From assembly GCA_963833345.1 (NCBI GenBank), contig CAWHXI010000001.1, positions 438,025 through 502,024 of the forward strand: a DNA stretch of 64,000 bases, given 5' to 3'. The translations under genes were made by a program, and so were the position numbers. Source of the stretch: an uncultured Acidobacteriota bacterium. GTDB taxonomy: Bacteria > Acidobacteriota > Terriglobia > Acidiferrales > UBA7541. The notes beneath the pieces were generated by a model. That model ran no database searches. It was not told where the DNA came from and saw only the letters and a list, made by a program, of their open reading frames with translations. Positions 34,587-44,714 of this stretch are shown here, piece after piece. Position 1 is the first letter of the stretch. Every line of letters starts with the position of its first letter.

Positions 34587-35531
34587 TTACTTTCCAGCTA
34601 GGGCGCGGTTCACCAAGACCTTGACTTCGACACGCCGGTTCTCGGCACGTCCTTGTGCTGTTTCGTTTGTGGCTGTCGGATCGCTCGTGCCCATTGCTCC
34701 AGGCGCTACGATGTGCCGTACGGGCACGTTGCAGTTCTGCATCAAATACGCAATGACCGCCTGGGCCCGATCCATGCTCAGCGTTTGGTTCATAGCGGCA
34801 TTGCCTGACGAGTCAGCATAGCCCTTCACCTCGATGATGTAGCCTGTGAGGTTCACCGCATCGTGCGCCAGCTTCGTGAGGGCCTCCTTGTCGGTAGCTG
34901 AAATTACGGAGCTTGCGACTGCGAAGTTGACGTTAGTGTCGGCCTTAACCTCATACTCGGTCAGCTCGGAGAATCGCTTGGAGGTATCCTCGATGTCCTT
35001 CTCGTTGGCTGCAATCTTCTCTTGATTGGCGCCAATTTGTTGCGCGTTCTTTTGAACGGCCTGTTGGTTGGACTGAATACCCTGTTGATTAGCCTGGATG
35101 TCCTTCTGGTTCGCTTTAATCTTCTGCTGGCTGGCCTGGACCTGCTGCTGGGTCGGCGTCAACCCAGCTTGAATCGTTTCTGCCAGTTGCAGGTCGTCCT
35201 GGTTGAAGTTAATCGTCGAGGCTGTCACCTGGCTTTGCGCATCACCGACGCCATCAACTGAAATTTGGAGGCCCGGGATGAGCACAGCAGCTGACATCTG
35301 CTTCTTGCGAAGGCCGAGACCTTTTGGCTGTTGCACCTTGGTGTCATCGGTTAGAGTGACGGTGACGGTGTTTCCTGCTTGGGTCTTCACGGTCAGAGTC
35401 TCTCCGGTTCGTGTGGTGATCAACCCTTTGATCTTGACCTTGTCCCCGTCACCTCTGCCGTACACCGACCCGGCAGCCAGACAGCACACCAGCACGAGAT
35501 ACCCGGCAATCTTTCCATATTTTCGAGTCAT
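34587..35531 (-). CDS. OmpA-family protein (N-terminal beta domain, heptad coiled coil, OmpA_C peptidoglycan-binding domain)
   Basis: MTRKYGKIAGYLVLVCCLAAG. Heptads QQKIKAN QKDIQAN QQGIQSN QQAVQKN AQQIGAN QEKIAAN. C-terminus: GYADSSGNAAMNQTLSMDRAQAV...NRRVEVKVL. Confidence 0.85.
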   Translation of the reverse strand: MTRKYGKIAGYLVLVCCLAAGSVYGRGDGDKVKIKGLITTRTGETLTVKTQAGNTVTVTLTDDTKVQQPKGLGLRKKQMSAAVLIPGLQISVDGVGDAQSQVTASTINFNQDDLQLAETIQAGLTPTQQQVQASQQKIKANQKDIQANQQGIQSNQQAVQKNAQQIGANQEKIAANEKDIEDTSKRFSELTEYEVKADTNVNFAVASSVISATDKEALTKLAHDAVNLTGYIIEVKGYADSSGNAAMNQTLSMDRAQAVIAYLMQNCNVPVRHIVAPGAMGTSDPTATNETAQGRAENRRVEVKVLVNRALAGK

Positions 35532-35946
35532 GTCTTTCTCCGATCCTTTTCCATCTTGAAATATTGGGGTCAAATTGCAGAACCAATAAGGCCCGAATTC
35601 AGTTGTTTGAAACGCTCCGGCTGGTAATCACTGCGGTCGCCGGATGGACCACAAACCGCTTCCCGACCAGATGCTAGGCGGGCGCCGGTCATCATGAAAC
35701 TGTCAAAAATACCAATCAAGGAAGATCGCATTCGGAATCAACCCGCTTCTCTGTACGACCCGCTACTCGTAGAAGTGCCCCTCGCCTCCACATCATTTCT
35801 GGCATATCGTCGCCCACTCGAAACTTAAAGCGGCTGGGGTTTCACTCTACCGCCGGCAGTTATTGCGATTTGCCCGCTCATGCCGAATCGGCCCGTAAGG
35901 CTTTTGGTGCCCACAGTCTGTCATTTCTACCAGTAGCCGTCAGTGA

Positions 35947-36318
35947 CCGTATGCCGTCGCTTTCGTGGATTCCACAGGAAAGGCACTCGACGGCAGCAAG
36001 ACCTATAAGGTTCACCTGCCGCCCAACATTCCCGCCAAGACATTTTGGTCGTTTGTCGTTTATGACAATCAGACACGCTCCGAACTCCAAACCGACGCAC
36101 AGTTCCCGAGCGTTGGCAGCCAAAGTAAGGGTTTCTTCATGAATCCCGACACATCCGCGGATGTTTATTTCGGACCGACCGCGCCAGCAGGTCACGAATC
36201 GAACTGGGTTCAGACCGTGCCCGGCAAAGGCTGGAACACCATCCTGCGCCTTTACGGTCCGCTACAGCCGTGGTTCGACAAGGCTTGGAAGCCCGGCGAA
36301 ATTGAACTGGTGAAGTGA
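35947..36318 (+). pseudogene. 3' remnant of a DUF1214-family gene
   Basis: PYAVAFVDSTGKALDGSKTYKVHLPPNIPAKTFWSFVVYDNQT...GWNTILRLYGP matches only the C-terminal DUF1214 region. In-frame TGA at 35944..35946. Weak continuation (ARKAFGAHS) lies in another frame upstream. Confidence 0.5.
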
Positions 36319-36515
36319 CATAGACGGCCAAATATTTTGAAGACCGAGACGATTCGCCAAAGGGACAAGTCGAATGTTTAAGAAGAATCAACCGATGAAG
36401 AGAGAACTTTTGCGCAGCCTGTCATTTCTGACAGTTACCCCTCCGTACCTTACGGCCTACCATTCCTCCTTCCACAATGGACAGCTCGGAAAGGCGTAGA
36501 GCGGGAGAGTAATCC

Positions 36516-37478
36516 TTGCCCACTAATAAAGGGTTCCTGGCAATGGCGGTATTTCTGCTATCAGCTATGCCGCTGCTTGCGCAAGATACACCCATCGGCC
36601 CGGAGGGAACTCAGGTGGCCACGCAGGCAACGCCAGCGGCCGCGGCGAATACCGATGCCTTGAGAAACGCGGCGCAAAATCCGGTGGCCAGCCTCATCAG
36701 CGTTCCTTTGCAGGAAAACTTCAACTTCAACATCGGGCCGTCCGACCGCACCCAGAATGTTCTGAACATCCAGCCGGTAGTGCCGTTCAGCGTGTCGAAA
36801 GACTGGAACCTGGTCGTCCGCTGGATTATGCCGGTCGCCTATCAACCAATTCCCGTGGCGCAGGTATCCGGACCTCCGGCCCAAACCACCGGAGTCTATG
36901 GATTAGGAGACATGAATCCTTCGTTTTTTCTGGTCCCGAAAAAGAGCAAGATAATCTGGGGCATCGGTCCGACGATGGTATTGCCAACGGCAACCAATAC
37001 GACTTATTTGGGGCAGGGGAAACTCAGCATGGGGCCGTCGGTGGTGGTGCTGGTGCAGCCGCCACATTGGACGATCGGGGCTCTTGCAAACAACGTCTGG
37101 TCTGTGGCCGGTCATTCCAACCGCGATAAACCTGCCGTGAACCAGTTCCTCCTCCAGTGGTTCGTCAACTACAACATGAAGAAAGGCTGGTATCTCACCA
37201 CCTCGCCGATCGTCACGGCCAACTGGAGGGGAAGCGACAGCAACGTGTGGACGGTACCGTTTGGCGGAGGAGTAGGAAGGATTATGAAGCTCGGGTTCCA
37301 ACCGGTGAACATCACCGCGCAGTTCTATGGCAACGCCGTCCATCCGCCGGGAGCTTCGCCGTGGGGTTTGCGGTTACAATTTGTGCTGCTGTTTCCCAAG
37401 CTAAGCAAGGAGCAGGAGAAGGCCTTGCTGGAGCAAAAATTGAAACAGATGAATCAGCCGGCGCCGCAACAGCATTGA
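36516..37478 (+). CDS. outer-membrane beta-barrel channel (MetA-pathway/transporter-like family)
   Basis: Signal peptide AMAVFLLSAMPLLAQ. NPVASLISVPLQENFNFNIGP...VLNIQPVVPF...GLGDMNPSFFL...WTVPFGGGVGRI are typical of this OMP family. Confidence 0.6.
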   Translation: MPTNKGFLAMAVFLLSAMPLLAQDTPIGPEGTQVATQATPAAAANTDALRNAAQNPVASLISVPLQENFNFNIGPSDRTQNVLNIQPVVPFSVSKDWNLVVRWIMPVAYQPIPVAQVSGPPAQTTGVYGLGDMNPSFFLVPKKSKIIWGIGPTMVLPTATNTTYLGQGKLSMGPSVVVLVQPPHWTIGALANNVWSVAGHSNRDKPAVNQFLLQWFVNYNMKKGWYLTTSPIVTANWRGSDSNVWTVPFGGGVGRIMKLGFQPVNITAQFYGNAVHPPGASPWGLRLQFVLLFPKLSKEQEKALLEQKLKQMNQPAPQQH

Positions 37479-37751
37479 ATCTAACTAGCGCCTGCGTTCG
37501 GTCGCGTCACCGCATATTTGCCAACAGCTTTCGGTTGCAAATTGCGGTAGCCGCTTTATCGGGCGCTAGGTTCACTTGAGGACCAATCTCTGCAATCAAA
37601 GACCTGGGCGGTGTATTGCATGCCGAGGCGGTCGGAAGTACAGTATCTTTTGGTCAGGAAGTCAAAACGAAAATTCCGGCTGATAACTTTTCCCATCTAT
37701 ATCTTGTGATCCACAGTCATCGAGGATGGGCGTGGGGAGGGGAGGGATCCC

Positions 37752-39494
37752 GTGAAGCGATCGCGGATATCGATAGGTCTGGTGTTAGTGCTGCCGCTTG
37801 TCGCTATCACCCTGTTGTGGAGCTACAGGGTCGGCTCCGCAAGAAACGCAGGCGCACGAACTGAAGCTTCCGCAAAGCCCGACGCGCCGCCGCAGCAACT
37901 TAGCCCTGATGGCCAGGCTTCGTTGCGCGCTATCATCCAATCGGGAAATCTCTCGGACCTGCGCTGGCCGGATTTCAGCGATTATGACAAGCACGTGCAG
38001 AAATTCTACGAGTCGTATGGATATTCCCTGCCGTGGGTCAGGGGAATGCAACCGACTGCGCAGGCGGAGCAGGTCATTTCGCTTCTCTTACAAGCCGAGC
38101 AAAGGGGATTAGCCGCTGAGGATTACGACGGGCCGCGCTGGAGCGGCCGGCTGGCGAAGCTGAAACCCTCTGCGGCGCAACCATCCGAAGCAGACGCGGT
38201 GCGATTCGATGCTGCGCTCACCGTTTGCGTAATGCGATATATCTCGGACCTTCATATTGGCAAGGTGAATCCTAAGCATTTCGACTTTGGCCTCGATGTT
38301 GATACCAAGAAATACGATTTACCGGAATTTACGAAAGAGAATGTTGTGGACGCCCCGGACGTCCCCAGCGTCCTGGCAAAAGTTGAACCTCCTTACCCCG
38401 GATACCAGCGTACAATCCAGGCCCTGCATTCTTATTTAGAGTTTGCCAAGGAATATGACGGAAAACCGTTTCCCGCCATACAAAAAACGGTTGGGCCCGG
38501 CGACTCCTATCCCGGAGTTCCTCAACTGATCCGATTGCTCCGCCTTGTCGGCGACCTTCCTGCCGACGCAAATGTTCCGTCCGATGGAACCGTGTATCAA
38601 GGCCCACTGGTGGATGCGGTCAAGAATTTTCAAAGGCGGCATGGCAGAGCCCCGGATGGGCGAATCACTGCGCAAACATTGGCCGACCTGAACGTACCTC
38701 TCACAAGCCGAGTGAGGCAGATGCAACTGACGCTGGAGCGATGGCGGTGGCTGCCTGTTTCCTATCAACAGACGCCCATCGTCGCGAATATTCCGGAGTT
38801 TCACCTCCGCGCCTACGACGATAAGTTCAAAATTGCTTTGCAGATGAATGTGGTTGTAGGCAAAGCCTATGACCACAATACGCCGGTGTTTGGCGACACC
38901 ATGCAGTATGTGGTATTTCGGCCCTACTGGAGTGTTCCCTACTCCATCGCCAAAGCCGAATTCCTCCCGCGCATCGCTCGCGATCCCGACTATTTAGCGA
39001 AGAAGGGATTTGAGGTGGTGAACAGCCGCCAGGAGGTCGTCACGTCGGGAACTGTGACGAGTGACATGCTCGCGCAGCTCCGGGCGGGCAAGCTGTTCAT
39101 CCGACAATTGACAGGTCCCAAAAACTCACTCGGTCTCGTGAAGTTTATTTTTCCCAATAGCTACAACGTTTACATGCACGATACACCGGCTCAGGAATTC
39201 TTCGCGAAGTCCAGGAGGGATTTCAGCCATGGGTGCATCCGATTGGAAAAGCCTGACGATCTGGCTGTGTGGGTCCTGCGCGATAATCCGAGCTGGGACA
39301 TGGCTCGAGTCCGCGCGGCCATGAATGGAACTCCGAATCAGCAAGTGAATCTCGCACATCCGATTCCCGTATTAATCCTGTATGCCACGGTAATCGTGAC
39401 GGAAGATGGAATCGTCCATTTTTACGACGACATCTACGGACACGACGCCGCGCTCGAAAAGGTTCTTGCGAAGGGTTATCCCTATCCGGGTTAA
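37752..39494 (+). CDS. L,D-transpeptidase, YcbB/LdtD-like (PG-binding domain + YkuD domain)
   Basis: AVKNFQRRHGRAPDGRITAQTLADLN (PG_binding_1), YkuD core with the catalytic ...SHGCIRLEKP. Confidence 0.85.
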   Translation: MKRSRISIGLVLVLPLVAITLLWSYRVGSARNAGARTEASAKPDAPPQQLSPDGQASLRAIIQSGNLSDLRWPDFSDYDKHVQKFYESYGYSLPWVRGMQPTAQAEQVISLLLQAEQRGLAAEDYDGPRWSGRLAKLKPSAAQPSEADAVRFDAALTVCVMRYISDLHIGKVNPKHFDFGLDVDTKKYDLPEFTKENVVDAPDVPSVLAKVEPPYPGYQRTIQALHSYLEFAKEYDGKPFPAIQKTVGPGDSYPGVPQLIRLLRLVGDLPADANVPSDGTVYQGPLVDAVKNFQRRHGRAPDGRITAQTLADLNVPLTSRVRQMQLTLERWRWLPVSYQQTPIVANIPEFHLRAYDDKFKIALQMNVVVGKAYDHNTPVFGDTMQYVVFRPYWSVPYSIAKAEFLPRIARDPDYLAKKGFEVVNSRQEVVTSGTVTSDMLAQLRAGKLFIRQLTGPKNSLGLVKFIFPNSYNVYMHDTPAQEFFAKSRRDFSHGCIRLEKPDDLAVWVLRDNPSWDMARVRAAMNGTPNQQVNLAHPIPVLILYATVIVTEDGIVHFYDDIYGHDAALEKVLAKGYPYPG

Positions 39495-40102
39495 TCGCCG
39501 GCGATGAGGCTGGCAGAGCACTGGAAACACCACTGTCGAACACGGCCGACGTCCACATGAATGAAGTCTGAGTGAGGATAGTAGCCCACGCCGCCGCGGC
39601 CCAGAGCGAGGGCCGCTCTGCGCAGTTTGAGTGTGTCGATACCGGGCATACGCAGATCGATGGCTTCCGCCTGAATGTGCAGGCTGTTCTTGGCGACTCC
39701 CGTGGTGTGTTCGCGGAGAGATTCGTTCGTCGACGAAGTGCGGTAGCCACAGACAATGTCGAGTTCGCCGCCGGTATGGCCGACCGACGTAGTGAGATCA
39801 GATAGGATATCGTACAGGCGAGGATCAAAATGTCGAACGTCGCCGGTCCGATGATCGCGCAGGAAATTATCTAGCTTGGCGAGCGCGTCCGGAAGGTACT
39901 CGTCGCCGCGACGATAAATAATGTCTATCCGCTCAGCGGTGTGGGTGTTGTAAAGCCGTAAGAGATGTTCCTGGCTATCCTGGGGGGACGACTGGTGTGA
40001 GGATACCTCGCGCGATTGCGCAGGCGTATAGATTGGTGCGATCAGGAAAAGTGTCGCGCCCGCAACCCAAAGACACCACAGAATATTTCTAGATTTGTGC
40101 AT
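39491..40102 (-). CDS. DUF882/peptidase M15A protein (YcbK/MepK-like murein endopeptidase)
   Basis: IVCGYRTSSTNESLR...SLHIQAEAIDLRMPG...GGVGYYPHSDFIHVDVGRVRQW. Confidence 0.85.
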   Translation of the reverse strand: MHKSRNILWCLWVAGATLFLIAPIYTPAQSREVSSHQSSPQDSQEHLLRLYNTHTAERIDIIYRRGDEYLPDALAKLDNFLRDHRTGDVRHFDPRLYDILSDLTTSVGHTGGELDIVCGYRTSSTNESLREHTTGVAKNSLHIQAEAIDLRMPGIDTLKLRRAALALGRGGVGYYPHSDFIHVDVGRVRQWCFQCSASLIAGD

Positions 40103-40280
40103 TTGTTTTCTCTCAACCTAATTTTAACACAAGCAGTCGTGTCGCCTCCTTGCTCCAGGGCAAGCCGGCAGCCTTACCATCGAACGCTGCGAAATCAACT
40201 CGCTTCGCGAGATTGCGTTAGTACCTATGCGATTACCTATGGTTAATCGCCGAGAAGCGCGCTCTCCAGGAATCAGCCGA

Positions 40281-42095
40281 TTAATTCCGATTGGGCGATG
40301 TGCGATGGCTCGCGGCCCACACATAGGCTGCGAGCGCAGAAACCTGGGCCGGTGTAAGTTGCGCTCCACCCATCGGCGGCATAGGGCTGCGATATTCTTT
40401 TGGTTGTGAAACACCATCGGTGATCGTCTTCGCGATTCCGGCGTAGCTGCCATCGCTCCACAGCCATTTCTTACCCGTGAGATCTGGACCTAGAGGCGTG
40501 CCCTGACCGCTATCCCCATGGCAGCCAGTGCACGCCGCACCGCCCACTTGGCCGCGGTAGACGCGTTCTCCAAGCGCAACCATTTCTCGTGTCGCGCCTT
40601 CAGGAACTGGAAGATTGCTGGATGCGGCTGCACCTGCGTCTGGATGCGTGCCCTCTGGCGGTTGCGCGGCCACTTCAACGGGACTGCCGGCCGAAGCTGT
40701 TAAGCTCGGACACGCAGTTATGTTGGCGGCACCGCCTTCAGAGCCACCTTGATAGACAATCCGGTAGATCCGTCCCCGTATATCGTCGGAAACATAGAGT
40801 GAGCCGTCGGGTCCCACCGCCAAGCCACTAGGACGATGTTCGGCTCGGGCTGGCGATTTCACCGCTCCCGCGAAACCATCCGCAAATATCTCGCACTGGC
40901 CGGATGCGCGGTTCCCGTCGAGAGTCTGAAAAACCACGTTGTAACCAGCTTGCGCATACGGCGCCCGATCCCATGACCCGTGGAAGGCAATGAACACGCC
41001 GCCACGGTAGCGCGCCGGGAATTGCGTCTTGTCGTACAGCACCATGGCATTAGGCGCCCAATGAGCAGGAAATGCGGCGATGGGAGCAATCTTGTTGGCG
41101 CATACGCCGATCATCTTGCCGCCGTCGCCGCCGTATTCCGGCGCCAGAACCAACTTTTGCACGAACGCATCGTAGTAGCACTCAGGCCAGCCGTAGTCCC
41201 CGTTTGCCTTCAAAAGCAACAATTCTTCAGCTGGTTGCGTTGCCTCCTGTTCGGGCTTATACAGATCGGGCCAATTCGCGTGCAATTGGTCGCGTCCGTG
41301 TTGGGTCACAAATATTCGGCCGCTAGAGTCGATTGCGAAACCTTCCGTGTTGCGAATTCCTGTAGCGAAGCGTTCAGCCGTTGAAAAAGTTTGGTTCGTC
41401 TTATTCGCGTCATAGAGCCAGACGCCACCGCGGGTCTCAAGTTCCGTGCACGGTTGCACGCCGGGCGACTTAAGTGTCCGATTCTTCATCTGGCAGGAAT
41501 TGGTCGCGGTTCCCAGGTCAACGTACATCGATCCTTCGGCATTGATGATGAACGGATGCATCGGATGGTCGCCGCCCAGCGGCAAACCGGAAACGATGGT
41601 ATCGGCCGGGCCACTCGGCACAATGGAATCCCCGGGCAGAGAATATCGCACGATGCGATCGTTGATCTCGGCGTAGACCCATCCTTTATATAGGCCAATG
41701 CCGGTTCCGCCTGCTCCGCCGGTTTGGACAGTTTCGCCAAAGCGCTCAATGACATCGGCCTTTCCGGCACCGCTCTTGTCCTGCAGAGCGACGAGGAAGC
41801 CACCGGCATGTGGCGTGTCGTTGCCGTAGTACCTGCCCGACCAGGTGTTGACGTAAAGAACGCCGTTCGACGCAACCATCATGTGGCGGGCGTGACCAAT
41901 GCCGTCAGCGAAGACAGTTGCGCAAAAACCGGCAGGTAACTTCAACCCGCTGTCATCGTTCGGGCACGCTTGGCTCTTGGCTTCTGCAGCCGGATTAGAT
42001 TGATTGTGCGCCGGTGCCAGTGAACTACCCAAGCACAGTGCGGTGAGAGCGAATAGGGCAGACAACAGAGCCTTATTTTTTACGTTATTCCGCAT
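40281..42095 (-). CDS. PQQ-dependent sugar/sorbosone dehydrogenase-like beta-propeller fused to a C-terminal cytochrome c domain
   Basis: In-frame ATG 42095 gives a signal peptide. Propeller motifs: GIRNTEGFAIDSSGRIFVTQHGRD, GDYGWPECYYD. C-terminal CTGCHGDSGQG (CxxCH) ...PMPPMGG. Confidence 0.75.
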   Translation of the reverse strand: MRNNVKNKALLSALFALTALCLGSSLAPAHNQSNPAAEAKSQACPNDDSGLKLPAGFCATVFADGIGHARHMMVASNGVLYVNTWSGRYYGNDTPHAGGFLVALQDKSGAGKADVIERFGETVQTGGAGGTGIGLYKGWVYAEINDRIVRYSLPGDSIVPSGPADTIVSGLPLGGDHPMHPFIINAEGSMYVDLGTATNSCQMKNRTLKSPGVQPCTELETRGGVWLYDANKTNQTFSTAERFATGIRNTEGFAIDSSGRIFVTQHGRDQLHANWPDLYKPEQEATQPAEELLLLKANGDYGWPECYYDAFVQKLVLAPEYGGDGGKMIGVCANKIAPIAAFPAHWAPNAMVLYDKTQFPARYRGGVFIAFHGSWDRAPYAQAGYNVVFQTLDGNRASGQCEIFADGFAGAVKSPARAEHRPSGLAVGPDGSLYVSDDIRGRIYRIVYQGGSEGGAANITACPSLTASAGSPVEVAAQPPEGTHPDAGAAASSNLPVPEGATREMVALGERVYRGQVGGAACTGCHGDSGQGTPLGPDLTGKKWLWSDGSYAGIAKTITDGVSQPKEYRSPMPPMGGAQLTPAQVSALAAYVWAASHRTSPNRN

Positions 42096-42603
42096 CGTGT
42101 ATGTCCTTTCCAATCTAATTGTCGTCCGTACCAAAAACTGTTTTCGCGATCCCGCCTTTGCAACAGACGATGCACCCTGAATGCCAAAGTGGGGCATGAG
42201 CGAGATTCTCAGGAAGCTATGGGAAACGGGTAGCCTACACAGAGAGACGGAAATTCAGTGCGAGGGATTAAACGCTAAGAGTCCAGCGAATTGAATGGTT
42301 TTCAGCGAGTTTAAAGGATATTTTCCTGCAAAAAGAATAGGAATCTAGACTGCCCTGCGAGGCTCCGACAACGTTGGAGGGTTATACGCGAATGCAATCC
42401 AATTTCCAGCGGACTGACAGTGTCCAAGGGATTCGACAGACGACTCTTACCATCGGTGGCTTGGCTCCCTCCGCTTGCCACTCGTATTCTCCATGCTACC
42501 AACACCTTCCATGAATATTTGGCGCCTTTCGCGAAACGGTGCAACACGTGCTTTTGAAGCAGGTGGAAGTTGAAATCGTAGCTTAGTCAAAAGGCGATTC
42601 ATC

Positions 42604-43542
42604 ATGAAACCAATCACGCAGGAAACCGACAGGCTTGGATTTATCGGGATCGGCTACATGGGCCGGCCGATCGCGCGGAGGTTGCTCGAAGCCGGCTTCA
42701 AGCTGACAGCGTATGACCGAGACCCGAATAAGGCGGACGAGCTAGTTCGATACGGCGGAACCGTCGCGCAGGGCGTTTCGGGACTTTCCTCAAGTTGCAA
42801 CGTCGTGTTGTCGTGCCTGCCTAGCGATCAAGCTGTGTTGGACATTTATAGAGGATCTGGCGGGGTTTTCGCCCACGCGCGTCCCGGCTCGGTGATCATC
42901 GACATGAGCACGGTCTATCCGGAAACCTCGCAGGAACTCTCGAAACGGGGGTCAGAGCGTGGAGTTGAAGTCCTTGATGTGACCATGTCAGGGAGTACGC
43001 CTACCGCGGAAAATGGGTTGCTGACCCTGTTTGGGGGCGGGAACAAGGAACGCTTCGACTCTGCCGAGTCGATCTTTCGCGTTATCGCCAAAAACTATTT
43101 TTATCTCGGGCCGAGCGGCTCTGGAGCGACGATGAAACTTGTGGTGAACGCTTTGCTGGGAATCGGAATGCAGGCGATTGCCGAAGCTGTTGCACTCGGT
43201 GAGAAGGCTGGTCTTGATCGCAATCGTTTGCTGGATGTGTTGTCCCAGACTGCAGTAGTCGCTCCGGCGCATGCGGGCAAACTGCAAAGAGCGAAGAAGA
43301 GCGACTACAGCCCGCAATTTCCGATTCGGCTAATGAACAAGGATTTCGGGTTGATTTTCAATCTTGCGGCTGCCGTTGGCGCGCGAATGCCCGCTGCTGG
43401 TGCTGCTTTCGAGATCAATGCGAGGCAGACGGACGAAGGACCGGAACAAGATTTTTCGGCGGTGATTCTACAAATGGAAAAGCAAGCTCATTTGGGTTCC
43501 ACAGACAGAGGGCAGACTGGAGTCGGCGTCGCTTCGGCGTAA
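42604..43542 (+). CDS. NAD(P)-dependent oxidoreductase (3-hydroxyisobutyrate/6-phosphogluconate dehydrogenase-like)
   Basis: LGFIGIGYMGRPIARRLLEAGFKLTAYDR (Rossmann), GSGATMKLVVNALLG. Confidence 0.85.
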   Translation: MKPITQETDRLGFIGIGYMGRPIARRLLEAGFKLTAYDRDPNKADELVRYGGTVAQGVSGLSSSCNVVLSCLPSDQAVLDIYRGSGGVFAHARPGSVIIDMSTVYPETSQELSKRGSERGVEVLDVTMSGSTPTAENGLLTLFGGGNKERFDSAESIFRVIAKNYFYLGPSGSGATMKLVVNALLGIGMQAIAEAVALGEKAGLDRNRLLDVLSQTAVVAPAHAGKLQRAKKSDYSPQFPIRLMNKDFGLIFNLAAAVGARMPAAGAAFEINARQTDEGPEQDFSAVILQMEKQAHLGSTDRGQTGVGVASA

Positions 43543-43703
43543 AAGTAGGTCTACTTGTAAGAAGTTTATCGCTTGTGCAGCCGTCCGCGCGGAGACGTGC
43601 GAACTCTTCCACTGAGGGTTAACGGAATTGAACAGCCGCTTGGCGACGAGGCTGAGCGAGAAGGGCCATTTGCAAAAATTCTTGTGCATCGGAGAGCAAA
43701 GCT

Positions 43704-44279
43704 ATGAGCAAGACAAAACGACTGTGTTGTGCATTGGTACTGGTTGGGATCGCGGGCCTGACGGCGTATTCGCAGGAGAAGGAAAGCGAATACGTTGCCC
43801 CGTCTGAAGCCATTCCAAGGGGCAAGGCGCCCAAGATGCAGGTTCGATTGCTGAATCCTGGGGAGACGACGAAACAGTACGAGGTCATTTTCTACCAGGG
43901 AGACGAGGCTTTTTCCGGACTGGTGGAGTTTGCGGAGAAATACCACGTTACGAGTGCGCATTTCACTGCTATTGGAGCGCTGAATGGAGCAGTATTAGGC
44001 TGGTTCGATCCCGGGCGCAAAATGTACAAAAAGATTCCCATCAACGGGCAACAAGAAGCGATTGGGATGAGCGGCGATATCGCCCTCTATCAAGGAAAGC
44101 CCATAGTCCATACGCACATGGCGGTGGGGAGTTCAGACGGAACGGCGCACGGTGGTCACGTTCTCGAGGCGCATGTGTCGCCGACGCTAGAAGTAATGGT
44201 TACAGTCGATCCAGTAACGATGCAAAAGCGCTTCGATCCCGAAACAGATCTGACGCTGATTGATCCAGGTGCGAAATAG
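43704..44279 (+). CDS. PPC/DUF296 domain protein with signal peptide
   Basis: EVIFYQGDEAFSGLVEFAEKYHVTSAHFTAIGALNGAVLGWFD...IVHTHMAVGSSDGTAHGGHVLEAHVSPTLEVMV. Confidence 0.65.
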   Translation: MSKTKRLCCALVLVGIAGLTAYSQEKESEYVAPSEAIPRGKAPKMQVRLLNPGETTKQYEVIFYQGDEAFSGLVEFAEKYHVTSAHFTAIGALNGAVLGWFDPGRKMYKKIPINGQQEAIGMSGDIALYQGKPIVHTHMAVGSSDGTAHGGHVLEAHVSPTLEVMVTVDPVTMQKRFDPETDLTLIDPGAK

Positions 44280-44334
44280 CAGCCCAGTGTGAGGCAAATG
44301 CAAAGCAACTATGTATGGAGGAGGGTCAGCAACC

Positions 44335-44643
44335 ATGGCTGATGTGCATGTGATCGCAAGATCTGTGGCGCGCAGAGGAAGGGAAACCCAACTCAGAGAA
44401 CTCCTGCGGGGCATGTTAGCTCCTACCCGCGCCGAATCGGGATGCAAATTGTATGAACTCTATGAGTCAGACTCGCAGGGGCGCTTCTATTTCTACGAAA
44501 CATGGGAAAGTCAAGCTGCACTCGATCAACACGCAGCCAGCCCTCACTTTAAGCACTTGGAGCAGGCAGTCGGGGAACTAGTAGAGGAACCGTTAGAGGT
44601 AAATATCCTCGGGAGGATTCTGACAGGCGCGGCAGCAGCGTGA
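44335..44643 (+). CDS. ABM-family (antibiotic biosynthesis monooxygenase-like) protein
   Basis: MADVHVIARSVARRGRE...GCKLYELYES...FYFYETWESQAALDQHAASPHFKHL. Confidence 0.7.
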   Translation: MADVHVIARSVARRGRETQLRELLRGMLAPTRAESGCKLYELYESDSQGRFYFYETWESQAALDQHAASPHFKHLEQAVGELVEEPLEVNILGRILTGAAAA

Positions 44644-44714
44644 AGTTCGCAGGTTACAAGAGTCGAATCCCCCCGGGCTTAGCAACGGATGCGTTGAAAG
44701 GGTGATTTATCCCT

